This document shows positions 13,549 through 25,382 of a stretch of 64,000 bases of DNA, one piece after another. A program made the translations under genes and the position numbers. Under the pieces are notes generated by a model. The model was not told the DNA's origin. It ran no database searches and saw only the letters and a program-made list of their open reading frames with translations. This DNA is from Euprymna scolopes (lineage: Eukaryota). The stretch's first letter is position 1, and every line of letters begins with the position of its first letter. The stretch lies in NCBI GenBank assembly GCA_053919585.1, contig CM132827.1; one strand, 5' to 3'.

Positions 13549-14448
13549 CACAACACTCAAAAAAGGCCTGAAGAAAAAACGACACCCCACTAAACATTAG
13601 AGAATACTGGTCATACCACGACAAACTGTGTTCTGAAAATGGTCTAGCATACCGAGGCACATGGCTTATCATTCCAACCAGCAGCAATGATAACTGACAA
13701 CACAACCAACTACACGAGCAGTGATTTCCGTAGATGTCTGGAATCATGGGACATTGAACACATAACTTCTAGTCCTCACCACCATCAACTGAATGGACGG
13801 GGCCGAAGCAGCAGTGAAATTGATGAAAGGCATTATAAAGAAATCGACAAAAGAAGGCACGGACATGTGGAAAGCTATACTAGAATGGCGCAATGCTACC
13901 CTGCAAAACCACAGATTACACACTGCAAGTGCAAGCAGAGGTACAAAATACCCTCATAAAAAAACGACAAACGGCAAAAACATATTATGACCGTCATACT
14001 AAGCCACTACCCAATCTCATCATAGGACAGCCTGTAAGGGTGAAATGCCACCCACATATCCCTAACAGCAACTGGGAATTGGGCACAGTCAGTTATGGAG
14101 TCGAAGTAAACGGAAGATGTGATAGAAGAAACAGAATCCACATCCGCCAACCAACCACTCTCCCAACGGATGTAGACTCCATACACAACATGCCTCCACA
14201 CCACAGCATCTGAAACAAAGATTATCAGGCAAACCCAGGACTACAACGATCCCCAACACATGAGAAACAACTTTGTAGGTCTAAGCGGGTGATCAAACCC
14301 CCAGCACGATTGAGAAACTACACACTCTAACACACACACACGCACACACACTCTAACACACACACGCACACACACACACACACACACCAACTATAATACA
14401 CCACACATCTCGTTCAGTCAAACCAAAACCAATGAGGAAGAAGAGTGA

Positions 14449-14605
14449 TATCATGGAGTACGTAGCTGCGACTACAACCTCCTGCGAAACTGTGCATATG
14501 AAAACACAACTAGCTCCGCGCGTCACCATTGATTCGGGCAATAAGTCTGCGGCATATTCATAACTCAATATCGGCTTTGTGCTTTCTGCTTTTCGCTACT
14601 TAACA
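14449..14605 (+). repeat. 3' LTR of the nested Gypsy
   Basis: Aligns to the 5' LTR but lacks a ~24-bp segment; preceded by a purine tract. Confidence 0.92.
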
Positions 14606-15721
14606 CCTACGAAGAAGCAATCGATGTACTGGATGTTACATATATAAAACTCAAAAATAAAATATTTTCTAGATACCTACTTGCAACTCACTGACAAGAA
14701 TCAGGCGAAACACTGGAGCCTAAAGAGCCTTCGGATACTGGGCAAAGATTGCAACTTCTACCCAATGACAGCATTAAAAACCCAAGAGTAACACATTTTG
14801 GACGCCTTCATTAATGGCTTACATAATGCTCAAGTAATGCAACATCTTTTTGAAAATAAAACTCTTACACTTAGAACAGCTTATGAGCAAGCCTATACCG
14901 TCAAATGTGCCATACAGCAGTCTACTTCTTATTTAAAGCCAGACACAATGGGCACTGCGCTAAACCCACCTGTTCCTACTGCCCCCCTCATGATGATAAT
15001 CTGACAAAGTTTCAAGAACAGTCAGTCACTGTCACTTTAATAAAGGACATCTGCTGTTTTTGTGGCTTATCTAAACATCTACAAGTTTCATGCCCTGCTA
15101 GAAATACTCGTTGTCATAAATGTAAAAAAACGTGGCCATTGTTCAAAGATATACAAATCTTCTAAAATTTGATACAAAGTCACGATCAAAATATATCTAC
15201 AACTTAAGCCACCACTCCAGACTGCCTTTAGAAACTTATTGTAAAAGTAAAAATTAACACAAGATCTGTGAATGCTTTGCTTGATACTGGAAGGTCGGAA
15301 AATTTTATTAAAGAAAGCTTGGTAAAAAACAAAAAATTGTATCTCGGCTCCAACTCCAGCAAAGTAACAATGACAAACGCTTCATTGTCTGCACAAGTAA
15401 GTAGTTATTGTTTAGTGGACTTATTATTTAATGACGTCTCCTGTAAAACCAGTAAATTATCTGTAATGAAATACCTTTGTTGCGATATAATACTGGGACA
15501 CAATTTTTGAAACAACACTCACAAATTGAAATTCCATTTGGCAGTTCAATGCCCGTATTAAAAATTTGTGGATTGGTGACAGCAAAAATCCAGTACCTGT
15601 CACTTTTTGAAAACTGTAAACACATAGCAGTGAGAAGTAGACGTTTTTCTTATAATGATAAAAAAAATTATTAACATGGAGGGACTGAAAAAGATATTGC
15701 AAAATCAGCAATTACAACAAT

Positions 15722-16110
15722 TACGGACACTTGGCCTTCGGGAAAAGATCAAAGTGTAGTATCTGTTCTTCAGATGCTGCACTTAAGATAATTTGTACCA
15801 GTCAATGGAGGGGAAACCCTCTATACTGGGACAATTATTATTTTTGGTAACCAGAGTGCCCCCTTTTTGCCTACTTTTAGGGGAGCTGGTTTTTACCTCA
15901 CATTAAAAACGGCCTTGTGCCTAATTTGCTCGGTGGGGGAGCAAATAAATACCATCTGTTCTTCAGATGCTGCACTTCTATTTCTTGTTCTCTTTCGGTG
16001 GAGGAGAAATCCTTCACGACTGAGACAATTTTTATTTTTGTACGTTTTCTCCACGTTAAAAAACGACCCTGGTGTCTAACTCTGTCCCGTGGGGAGGCAT
16101 TGTAAATAGG
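15722..16110 (+). ncRNA. U2 snRNA-derived dimeric insertion with 9-bp TSD (candidate SINE or retrocopy of a U2 variant)
   Basis: GGCCTT...AAGATCAAAGTGTAGTATCTGTTCTT (15733-15770) matches the invertebrate U2 5' core as I recall it, with correct spacing; Sm-type ATTTTTG at 15840 and 16034; TSD TACAACAAT at 15713-15721 and 16111-16119; host pol frame (KDIAKSAITT|IDQNIPLVVE) is restored on removal. Confidence 0.8.
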
Positions 16111-16737
16111 TACAACAATAGACCAGAATATTCCTCTTGTTGTTGAAATGGATGTGTCAGACTGTGATATTGCTGCTTCTTTGAGACAAGCTAATTGCCC
16201 TGTGGCTTTTTTTTTCAAGGACCCTCCCACGGGCTGAACCACAACATCCCGCAATTGAAAAGGAAGCCTACACCATAGTCGATGCATTAAGAAAAACTTA
16301 TTACTGACCAAAAATCAGTTACTTTTATGTTTAACTCTAAGACTACAAACAAAATAAAAAATGAGAAAATAGCGAGGTGGAGAATTGAACATATTTCTCT
16401 TTCGACGTCAGCTACCGACCCGGCAGAGAGAACTTAACAGCTGATACACTGTTCAGAGTATGCTGTATGGCATCAAGTGAGGACGAACTCCACACACTAC
16501 ATAACAATCTCTGTAACCCGGGAATTACTCAAATGATTCATGCTGTGAGGAATAGAAACTCTCTTTTCTCAGTGAAGGAGGTGAAAGGAATTACAAATTC
16601 ATGTCGAACGTATGCTGAAATAAAGCCTCGATTTTATAAACCCAAAACTGGCGTTTTAATAAAAGCAACACAACCGTTCAAAAGACTAAATCTTGATTTT
16701 AAAGGACCACTACCAAGTAAAACAAGGAACCGATATA

Positions 16738-18032
16738 CGAGGGGCGTGCAATAAGTAATACCCCTGACCCATTTCCCATAGCAGTAGAGTAACGAAACTT
16801 GGCACAGTTATTAGTCTTTCTCTACATAGGAACCACCCAGAGTTATGCATTTCTCCCATCGTTTGAACGCAGCTCTGGAGATCGTTTTTGTAGAACATCC
16901 CAGGTTGGTCCTCCAACCACGACGTGACTTCAGAAATCAAGACTGCATCATCTGGGAAACGCTTTCCTTTCAAAAACAACTTCATGACTGAGAAGAGGTG
17001 AAAATCAGAGGTTGCAAGGTCAGGAGAGTAAGGAGGATTGGGTAGGATTTCATAACCACACGCCCATGCTTCTGATCTGGCGACATGCGAGTTGTGAACC
17101 GAAGTGTTGTCTTGCAGGAGGAGAGTAGCTTTGCTGATCTTGCCCCGCCTCTTGATTTTGATAACTTCCCTTAATTTCCTCAAAAGTGAAGCATAATAGG
17201 CTCCTGTAATTGTGGTACCCTTTGCCAGGAAATCTGTCATCACTACTCCGTCCTGGTCCCAGAAGACTGTGAGCATGACCTTGCCAACGGAGGGCTGCAC
17301 CCTTGCCTTCTTTGGAGGTGGTGAGTCCAAGTGCTTCCACTGCATTGACTGGGCTTTGGTCTTTGGATCATAGTGATGGACCCAGGTTTCATCCTGTATA
17401 ATCAGTCTTTTGAAAAACTTTGACTCATCTTCTTGGCACATCTCCAAATTCATCCTCGAGCACTCAACGCGTTCTCACTTCTGGAATGGGGTGAGCAACC
17501 TGGGAATCCATCTGGCAGACACCTTATGCATATGCAAATGGTCATGAATGATAGTTTCTACAGGCCCTGTACTAATCTTGACATCTTGGGCTATTTGGCG
17601 AATAGTAATGCGTCGATCTTCCAAAATGGCAGCCTCAACTTGACGGACAGGTGCCTAATCAATGGCAGAAGAGAGGGGGCGATCAGGTCTGGGAGCTGTT
17701 TCCACAGACTTCCGGCCATGTTTGAATTCATGATGCCAGCATTTTACAAGGTCATATGATGGGGCATTATCACTATAAGTTTCTTTCATTTCATCAAGTC
17801 TCCTGTGGTGTGCGTCCTTTCAAATACAAAAACCGGATCACTGCTCAACATTCAACAGGCTCCATTTCACACCTGACTCAGTTCAAACATCTGTAAAACA
17901 GAAACCAGAATTAGTTCAGAACTGTAATGTGCCACATACCCCGTAGAGATATAAATCATTGCACAGGCAAAATTTCAGCTAGATCAGACAACTGGAAGTG
18001 GGTCAGGGACATTACTTATTGCACGCCCCTGG
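16738..18032 (-). mobile_element. Full-length mariner (DD34D) transposon with defective transposase
   Basis: TIRs CGAGGGGCGTGCAATAAGTAAT... / ...ATTACTTATTGCACGCCCCTGG; TA duplication (16736-16737, 18033-18034); QDETW...QDN-x34-D, PPYSPDLATSDF; ATG at 17865 followed by a stop and frameshifts. Confidence 0.96.
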
Positions 18033-18219
18033 TATATTAATTGTGGTCGAAGTTTCCTTATGCCTTCCCTTGTTCAGACATATCGGCTACTGCAATTATA
18101 CAATGCGCCTGTTCATTATTCGCTGTCTTTGGAGTCTCTGCCTATATACGTTCAAACCGAGGGGCTTCTTTCATGTCAAAGCAGCTTCAACAATTTTTGC
18201 AGGAATGAGGAGTAGCTTT

Positions 18220-18360
18220 ACTGTGGAGGCTGGGGTGATGGACTGGCCAAGCATATCTACAGACGTGAACTCAGTAGAACATATTTGGAGGATCCTCACA
18301 CAGTAGATGGAGGCGTGCAAAGTCTCAAATATCCACCAGCTCCGCACCATGAAGAAGTAA
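18220..18360 (+). mobile_element. Tc1-like transposase C-terminal fragment
   Basis: DWPSISTDVNSVEHIW resembles the Tc1 motif WPxQSPDLNPIEHxW. Confidence 0.65.
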
Positions 18361-18379
18361 AAAAGCATTCCAGGTTTAA

Positions 18380-18524
18380 CCAATCACAAACCAGCTCTCA
18401 ATCACGTGACCGAGTACATAAAAGGTGAAATCTCTCTAACTCCCTGGCTTCAGCTGACAGCAGACATTAGCTTGGGGCTTTGGCCTCAGGGCGAATGTAA
18501 ATACAACAAGCTTACATGGTGACC
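18380..18524 (+). mobile_element. Partial LTR plus PBS remnant
   Basis: CCAAT, CACGTG and CATAAAA promoter-like motifs; ends ...CTTACA followed by TGGTGACC. Confidence 0.4.
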
Positions 18525-19137
18525 TTCTAACTCCCATTTGTTTCCACATTCGGTTCCCAAACAAATTTGTTTATCATGCTAAAGAACTGCTTTCATCAAT
18601 ATACCGACACACGCACACGCATACTACAACACATAAACACACTGAATACCTTTTCCTTTCTTTCTTCTTTAACCAGCCTTCTTCGTCCTAACAACTACTG
18701 GATACGAACACGTGTAAACGGAACTATTCTCTCCTCCAACCAGCTAGCATGATATTAAATCTATCTTAACACTTCCACCTACTAATCTTTTTCTTTCTTG
18801 TATGCGCTACTAACGAAGATAACAAATAAAGTTGTTTATTAATATAGAATGAAAATCCATTTTGTTGTTTCTTATTCCATAGTTTCTTTTTCCTTTTTTT
18901 CTCTTTCAATTCGTTACCTAGGAAAACGGATTTTGATAACGACCCAAAATGCCATTATTTTAAGAAAAGGTAATTCAAACCATTCCAACGGTAAAGTTTT
19001 TGCAACAAATGTCCATCAGACAATCTTTGTTAATGAGTGTCGAGAAGAAAAGGCAAAACGTTTATGGTTATAGATTTTCATGTTGAGAGGGAACACATGT
19101 GGTTTCTGGAGGGAAAATTAAATCATTACTCACTTAA

Positions 19138-19389
19138 NNNNNNNNNNNNNNNNNNNNNNNNNNNNNNNNNNNNNNNNNNNNNNNNNNNNNNNNNNNNNNN
19201 NNNNNNNNNNNNNNNNNNNNNNNNNNNNNNNNNNNNNNNNNNNNNNNNNNNNNNNNNNNNNNNNNNNNNNNNNNNNNNNNNNNNNNNNNNNNNNNNNNNN
19301 NNNNNNNNNNNNNNNNNNNNNNNNNNNNNNNNNNNNNNNNNNNNNNNNNNNNNNNNNNNNNNNNNNNNNNNNNNNNNNNNNNNNNNNNN
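19138..19389. other. Assembly gap (252 N)
   Basis: Direct read. Confidence 1.
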
Positions 19390-20835
19390 TGCAAACAGCA
19401 GTTCAAAATAACTTGTTGAAAAGAATTAATTCTAGTTCAATATGGTACTTTCTATGCTGAGAATTTAGCTGCATGATGCGTGCAAAGTCATGTTGATGAT
19501 TTTATGCCCCACAAGACAGAGTCGAGCAGTTGTTGTTCGCAGAACTGTATCATACTGAACTGATTTGATTTACACACACAAGATCTTGTAACAGAGTTCT
19601 AGAATCTTCTGGACTATTTAGTGTATTATGGTGCACAAAGCGTAACAAATTATGACAATGTGTTTTTATGCATAGATGTGGGTTGAAAACCAGTGATTGC
19701 TATTAGAATGCCTCTACCAAAGATTTGTTCTGGCCATATATAGTGGTTGCTACAAATATATTGATTCGCTAAAAAAAATAGAATTCGAAATCTTACTGTC
19801 TAAATTACACTTATATGGAAAAAATTACAAAAAAAAAAATTATAATGTAATCTAAAAATTATAACGTATTCTAAAAATTACAAAAAAATTTGTTAACGTA
19901 TTCTAAAAATTACAAAAAATTTATAACGTATTATAAAAATTATATAAATTGATCAATTAACTTAGTTTTTATAAAAATAAAAAAAAAATTAAAGCAAATT
20001 TCAATTTTTCCGATACCCATTCCCCATTTTTCTGTTTTTTTCTAAAATTCAATATTTTGGAGTTACTCCCTTGTCTCTACAAACTGTTTTCAAAATGGTG
20101 TCGCAAAATTGTTTTTCGACGTTTAGCCATAAGTTTTGATTTTCTTATTTAAAAATAAATTATTTAATCAATTTAGATGGTTTTCATGTACGATATCTAG
20201 AAGTGTAAGCCATGTTTAGTTTCAGAACAGTTTCCGATGGTTCGTTGTTCTACACAAGTCCTGGAGGTGACTGGTTTGCAGTAGACAGTTCTCGAGTTGG
20301 AAGTCACAGAACCAAAAGATTTGGTATTATTTTACTTTAAGGCCCATTTCACGTTCGTATATAACAAAATATATTTTATAGCCTAGCCTTCGTTTATGCT
20401 GCACGCGGGCATAAACGAAGGCTGTTAAATGTGCACTCATGTACCAAACTTCCTTGTCACAGTGTAGTATTGGCAAAAAATAAATATTACACAAAAACAA
20501 GTAGTTTTCCAAATATTAAACCATGTAATTCTATGTTATGACGGGTGGCCATTTTGTATGTGCTGATCAAAAATTTAAAACCACTTAAAAATTTTTTTAA
20601 AAGAAAGTTTTTTTTAAGGATAGATTTTAAACTCTTCCGATTTAAGGTTACCAATGCTACAATCGAAACGATTATGGAAACAAAAAGCTACATTTCAAAG
20701 ATTTATTTTTAAAATTTACATTTTTATTAAAGTAGGCTTTTTACACATGATCAAAATTATAAAACCAGAGACAAAAATTCTATTAAATTGTACAAAAAGT
20801 GTAAAAAAGTGTATGAAAACATTCAACAATCAAAC

Positions 20836-21827
20836 TTAATAATGAGTTCTACCTCCACTGCTTTTGATAACTTCAAAAATTCTTTGGGGCATGCTAGAAA
20901 TAAGGGTTTCCATTAAGGTGCGGAGGATCCTACTCCAGTTTCCGAAGATGGCTTCATGAAGTTAATTTTTTGTTGAATATTGTTTGTCATTTCGATAAAT
21001 CGCTCTTGTCATCCATCCTCAAACATTTTCAGTTGGTTTCAAGTCCGGTGAGCATGCAGAATGTCCCAAGAGATAGACTCCATTTTCTTGTAGAAAGCTC
21101 AAGGTCCGTCTTGCAGTGTGGATTGCAGCATTACTCTGTTGGAATAACCATCCATCCCCACACAAACGATTACCCTCCATCATCAAATATGCTTTTTGTA
21201 GCATGCTAACATAACCAGCACTGATGACCCTACACCACCTGGAGCGCCATCGTCCCTCTGTGAGAAAAGGCATCCCATACCATTACGGACCCTCCACCAC
21301 TATGATGTGTGGAAAAACTCAAGGGGCATGTTATTGTCATGCCAATATCGCTGAAAGTCATCAGGACCATCTAAATTGAATTTTTTCTCATCAGAAAACA
21401 GGACTTTCTCCCAATTCTCAACGTCCAAGGTTTGGTATTCATGACCAAATCTTAAGCAGTCCACTTTGTGACATAGAAGCAATTAAGGAATTTGTTTACA
21501 CTTTGTATTTACCATGCTTTTTTTGTTGTGTCGTCTGATGGTTATTGGACTGCAATTAGCATCTGTAACCGCCTTAATTTGACTAGAAGAAAGTCCTCTG
21601 TCATTCATAACAACACGTCTGATTCTCCTACTCAATGAAGAATAAATTGGGGGGGGGCTACCAAAGGATTTTGCTTTTCCATAATTCTCAGTGTCCTTTA
21701 GAAAGTTGCAAATAATAGTTTTACTGTGATTTACCTTAGCTGCTATCGCTCACTGTGACAAACCTTGCTTATGGAATCCTAGAATGCGAGAGCGCTCAAC
21801 TTCGGTTAGTTTTCTTACTTTAGGCAT
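20836..21827 (-). mobile_element. Degenerate Tc1/Tc3-like transposase
   Basis: MPKVRKLTEVERSRI start at 21827; [15 protein letters not shown]; FQQSNAAIH; SPDLKPTENV; TIRs not clearly found. Confidence 0.88.
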
Positions 21828-22524
21828 GGTAACATCTTTGCACAGTGATTGCTAGAATTACCATAAATCTAACAATTTATACCCTTGGTCATAATAAGAA
21901 AGGAATTCTAAAGAAATGTTAAATGTATTCTACCATTTGTAAACGCATAAGGCAGGAAAAAATAAAAGCAAAATGTAGGGAAATTAATAGAAATGTCTTA
22001 TGCCATTTGTAAACGCATAAGGTATGGACGAATAAAGGCAAAATGACGGAATTTTGGATTCGTCAACAAAATCCGTTTTTTAAGAGTAACAAATTTAAAA
22101 CAAAAAAAATTTAAAAAAGAAAGCAAAAAGAAACAAGTAAAGCAAATTTTCCGGGAATGGGAAAGTAAAAAAAGAGCAAATGAAATACCGACCCGAAACG
22201 AGATTAAAATGATCCGAATTTATTTAAAAGAAAATAAAATGTTATGATTGCTTTCAATTTTCAAAGCTAAGGTTTTAAAAAGCCTTTAAGGTAACAAGAA
22301 AAAAAAACAAATATAAGAAAACAAATTTTACTTGAAATAAAGGTTGAAATAAAAAGCACATACAAAAAAAAAAAGAAAATACTTCTTTCAAGTCTTTAAA
22401 TATTCAACAAAAAGGTTCTTTTTCAGGAAAGAAAACATGCAAGGCTGAGTTGCAAAGTTTCTAAGTTTCTTCTCCCGTCCTTTTTTTTGACAAATAAAAC
22501 CTTCAAAAGTTTTTTTTTAAGATT

Positions 22525-22562
<38 letters not shown>

Positions 22563-22917
22563 TAGCATGGAGTGTCCAAATGGAAATCCTTTTCTCTGAA
22601 AAGGATTGACTTCTTCAATAAATAGTGTATTTTAAAACACCAATTTCAACCACTCAAAAAAAGGCTCTTTACCCGTAGTGAAGTCGTTGAATGTTTTTAT
22701 GTCGGTCTCCACGACGGAGCCCGGAAATCAAGATTTTTTCTCTCAATAAATCTTTTCCGGAACTAATTTGAAAAAGTCGCAAGAAAAAGTGATTTTTGGG
22801 ATTGTTCTCAGAACAGCCAATCATCATCAAGCAATGATGATGGAATACTACTAAGAAAATGGAAAGAGAGAGAGAGAAAGAAATGTCCACGAGGACTATA
22901 TGATAAAAAAGGGCGGA

Positions 22918-22949
<32 letters not shown>

Positions 22950-23461
22950 TGACACTTGCACACACACATTCACCAGCTGCAAAGGCCTCTTTTTCCATAT
23001 GACTACTTGACAGCGAGGTTCAAGATGAGAAGGGAAGGGGCTAAGATGAATGCTACAGGCTAACTGAAATGGCTGACCCCCTCACTTTCCTTTGCACTGT
23101 TGAAGGCGACGTCGATAAAAAAATAAAATTCTGACATCTTTTAATTCTATCATTCCATGCGCAACGTTTCTCAGGAAAAAGTAATGTTTTCTGGGTTGGA
23201 ATCTGCAGAAATGATGACAAGGATTCACGTTGTAGCATTAAATAACAACCTTATTTGTTATCTTCATTAGTATGACTTGTATAGAGAAAAAGTTACTAGT
23301 GGAAAAAGTTCCTGTGTAGACGTTGACGAATGATTATACAGGCCTGTTGAAAGAGAAAGTGTTCATGTATGTGTGTGTCTAAGTTTGTAGTAGTGTCATG
23401 GAGGAGAATTGGTTCTTTTTCTCTGCCGGAATCATTTCACCCGGAATCATTTCACCCGGAA

Positions 23462-24263
23462 GCAAGAAGCTGTGATGGACGAGACCTGCTGCAGACGTCC
23501 AAATAGTCATCATAACCCTTTTTTTGGTGCATTTTTGGCTTTGGGAAGTGTTGTAGATCTTCTCCAGTATTCAACCAGTGCAACCACTGTACCAAACATC
23601 GCCAGTTGTCATAGAGGACCAACTTCTCATTATACGTCACAATCCGCTCGAGATATGGGCCGATTTTGTAACGCAGAAGGAGCATAGAAGACACATCAGA
23701 ACAACAATGATTATCGTTCAATTTATATATCACCCATTTATCCAACTTTTTTGACTCCCCTATTTGCTTTATATGGCGAACAACTGTTAAGAGGTGGACC
23801 TCGAGTTTAACAACTTCACATGTGGTTTTGCAAGATTAAGGTTTTCAAATGTTTATCAACCGCAGTCAGCCAGTCGCCACTGTCTTTATCTTCACGGCTC
23901 TCATCGCCATTGCGGAATTTCTTTAACCACAGTTGTGCCACACGTTCATTATTGGTTTGTGGGCCAAATGCATCATTGATATCACGAGCTGTCTCAGTAG
24001 CTTTTCGGCCTAGTTTCAAGAAAATTGTGCAGATTTGAATTTTGCCCATGCTTTCAAAAAGCCTGCAAAAATGGATGGAGAGATAGAGAATGGTAACGAA
24101 TAACACGATTCGATAGAGCGAAAAACGTGCTTCAAAATTATGTATAACATTACTATGTATGATTTCTGAATTAATTCATTGATATATATCAATGAATTAA
24201 TTCAGAAATCATACATAAAAGTAACATATGTGAGAAAACGATATTGCTTTTGCAATAACCTAA
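23462..24263 (-). mobile_element. Truncated mariner (Hsmar1/cecropia-like), 5' half with one TIR
   Basis: ETARDINDAFG...WLKKFRNGD, IVTYNEKLVLYDN; TIR-like AAAACGATATTGCTTTTGCAATAACCTAA at 24235-24263. Confidence 0.85.
24154..24217. repeat. Perfect 64-bp AT-rich palindrome
   Basis: TATGTATGATTTCTGAATTAATTCATTGATAT followed directly by its reverse complement. Confidence 0.95.
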
Positions 24264-25382
24264 AAGAAACGTGTGTCCATGTTTATGGACAGGTACAAAA
24301 GATTAGAGGCAGCGCTGTTGGATGAGAATTCATTTATGTATTGAAATTTAATTGCAATGCTGGATTATTTGTATCTCGTCTTAGTTGAACCCCAGGCCTG
24401 AGTTCCGTTGAATCCCAAGAGAGAAGTTGAGGACAAGTCCGTGAAACATTGACATGTGACTGAGAGCTGGCTTCTGATTTGATCAAAAAGGAAGTATATT
24501 CGAAACCTCGAACCCCAATAATTTGAACCTGCTTGTGTTCCTTGCAATCCCATTTCTTACAAATATGTCCATGTACCTTTTATCATTGGATAGTTTTCCC
24601 GTGCCTTGAAATTGCCTTTTTATTAGCTCATTATATCAAATGGCTTCATGCTTTGTCTGGTCGATTTCCATTAAAAATAAGTCTGTGCGAGACTAGCATG
24701 AGTATATAAGCGCTAAATCTAACATTAACATGATATGCAAACATGTTTCATTCGAACAAAATAGAATTACCGTTTTTATCGATAGTAAATTTGTTCATGT
24801 GTTTAAACCAATAGTAATCTTGTTTGTAAGTTGATATGGATAGATTTTACGCATATTAATATTGCCTATTTATGTCTCTCATATCTTTACTGCTTACTAA
24901 TGGCCTACACTTCTCAAATAAAAAAAAAGTCACATAAATTATTTGTTTCCTATGATTTAATTCTAATCCCTCTCATATCGTCCCTATTTTCTAAGTACGT
25001 GCAAAATGAATAGCCAATGCTCAAAATGTATTTTGACCCCTCATTTTATTTAAAAAATCACCAAAAATCAGGAAATTAACCCATTTAACGAAATTATCAA
25101 ATAATGATAATGCAATAAAATAAGCTCATCATTTTTAATTAAATCTTAGTGGAAATGTTTTATTTTGGTTAAATAAAAATACCTTTACTAAAGTTATCGT
25201 TTTCAATAGTAAAACAAATGAATTTATTTGGGTTTTTATGATAATAAATCATTATAAATTGTAACAATAAAAAAGGGAAAATTTATTTTTTCAGGAAAAT
25301 TACGAAAAATAAAGCCCTTAAACTCTGTATTAATGAATTCGATATAACTCGAAGTAAAATTAATGTCTCAAACTACCAATAT

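Larger units (their letters stand above)
10885..14605 (+). mobile_element. Nested Gypsy element with both LTRs, PBS, PPT and 5-bp TSD
   Basis: LTRs at 10885-11065 and 14449-14605 (TGTTATGGAG...ACTTAACA); PBS TGGTGTCAGAGGGAT (tRNA-Leu type) at 11066; PPT GAGGAAGAAGAG at about 14434; TSD CCTGC/CCTAC (10880-10884, 14606-14610); gag 11372-11944, PR IDTEA, RT/RH 12370-13548, partial integrase. Confidence 0.95.
10672..18190 (+). mobile_element. Outer (host) Gypsy element, RT deleted, interrupted by three insertions
   Basis: gag starts MEHFIRPKQF...WKHW (10672) and resumes in frame at 14606 (DCIT|YEEAIDVL); zinc knuckles near 15050-15130; protease ALLDTG (15268); RNase H VVEMDVSD...PVAFF (from about 16120); integrase 16467-16737 (LDFKGPLP) resuming at 18035 (RY|ILIVV). 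Confidence 0.9.

Noticed and set aside
15722-15953. Functional U2 snRNA gene at this locus
   Set aside because: Flanks are Gypsy pol sequence with a TSD; no PSE or 3' box is recognisable; stems IIa and IV are non-canonical.
15740-15980. Hammerhead ribozyme or retrozyme (CTGAAGA on the minus strand in both units)
   Set aside because: No stem II followed by a GAAA core; U2 homology on the plus strand explains most of the sequence.
15680-16110. U2-like RNA captured in place of the Gypsy RT domain
   Set aside because: The 9-bp TSD shows a later insertion about 40 bp downstream of the RT deletion junction, so these are separate events.
19037-19411. ORFs spanning the N run
   Set aside because: Artefacts of the assembly gap.
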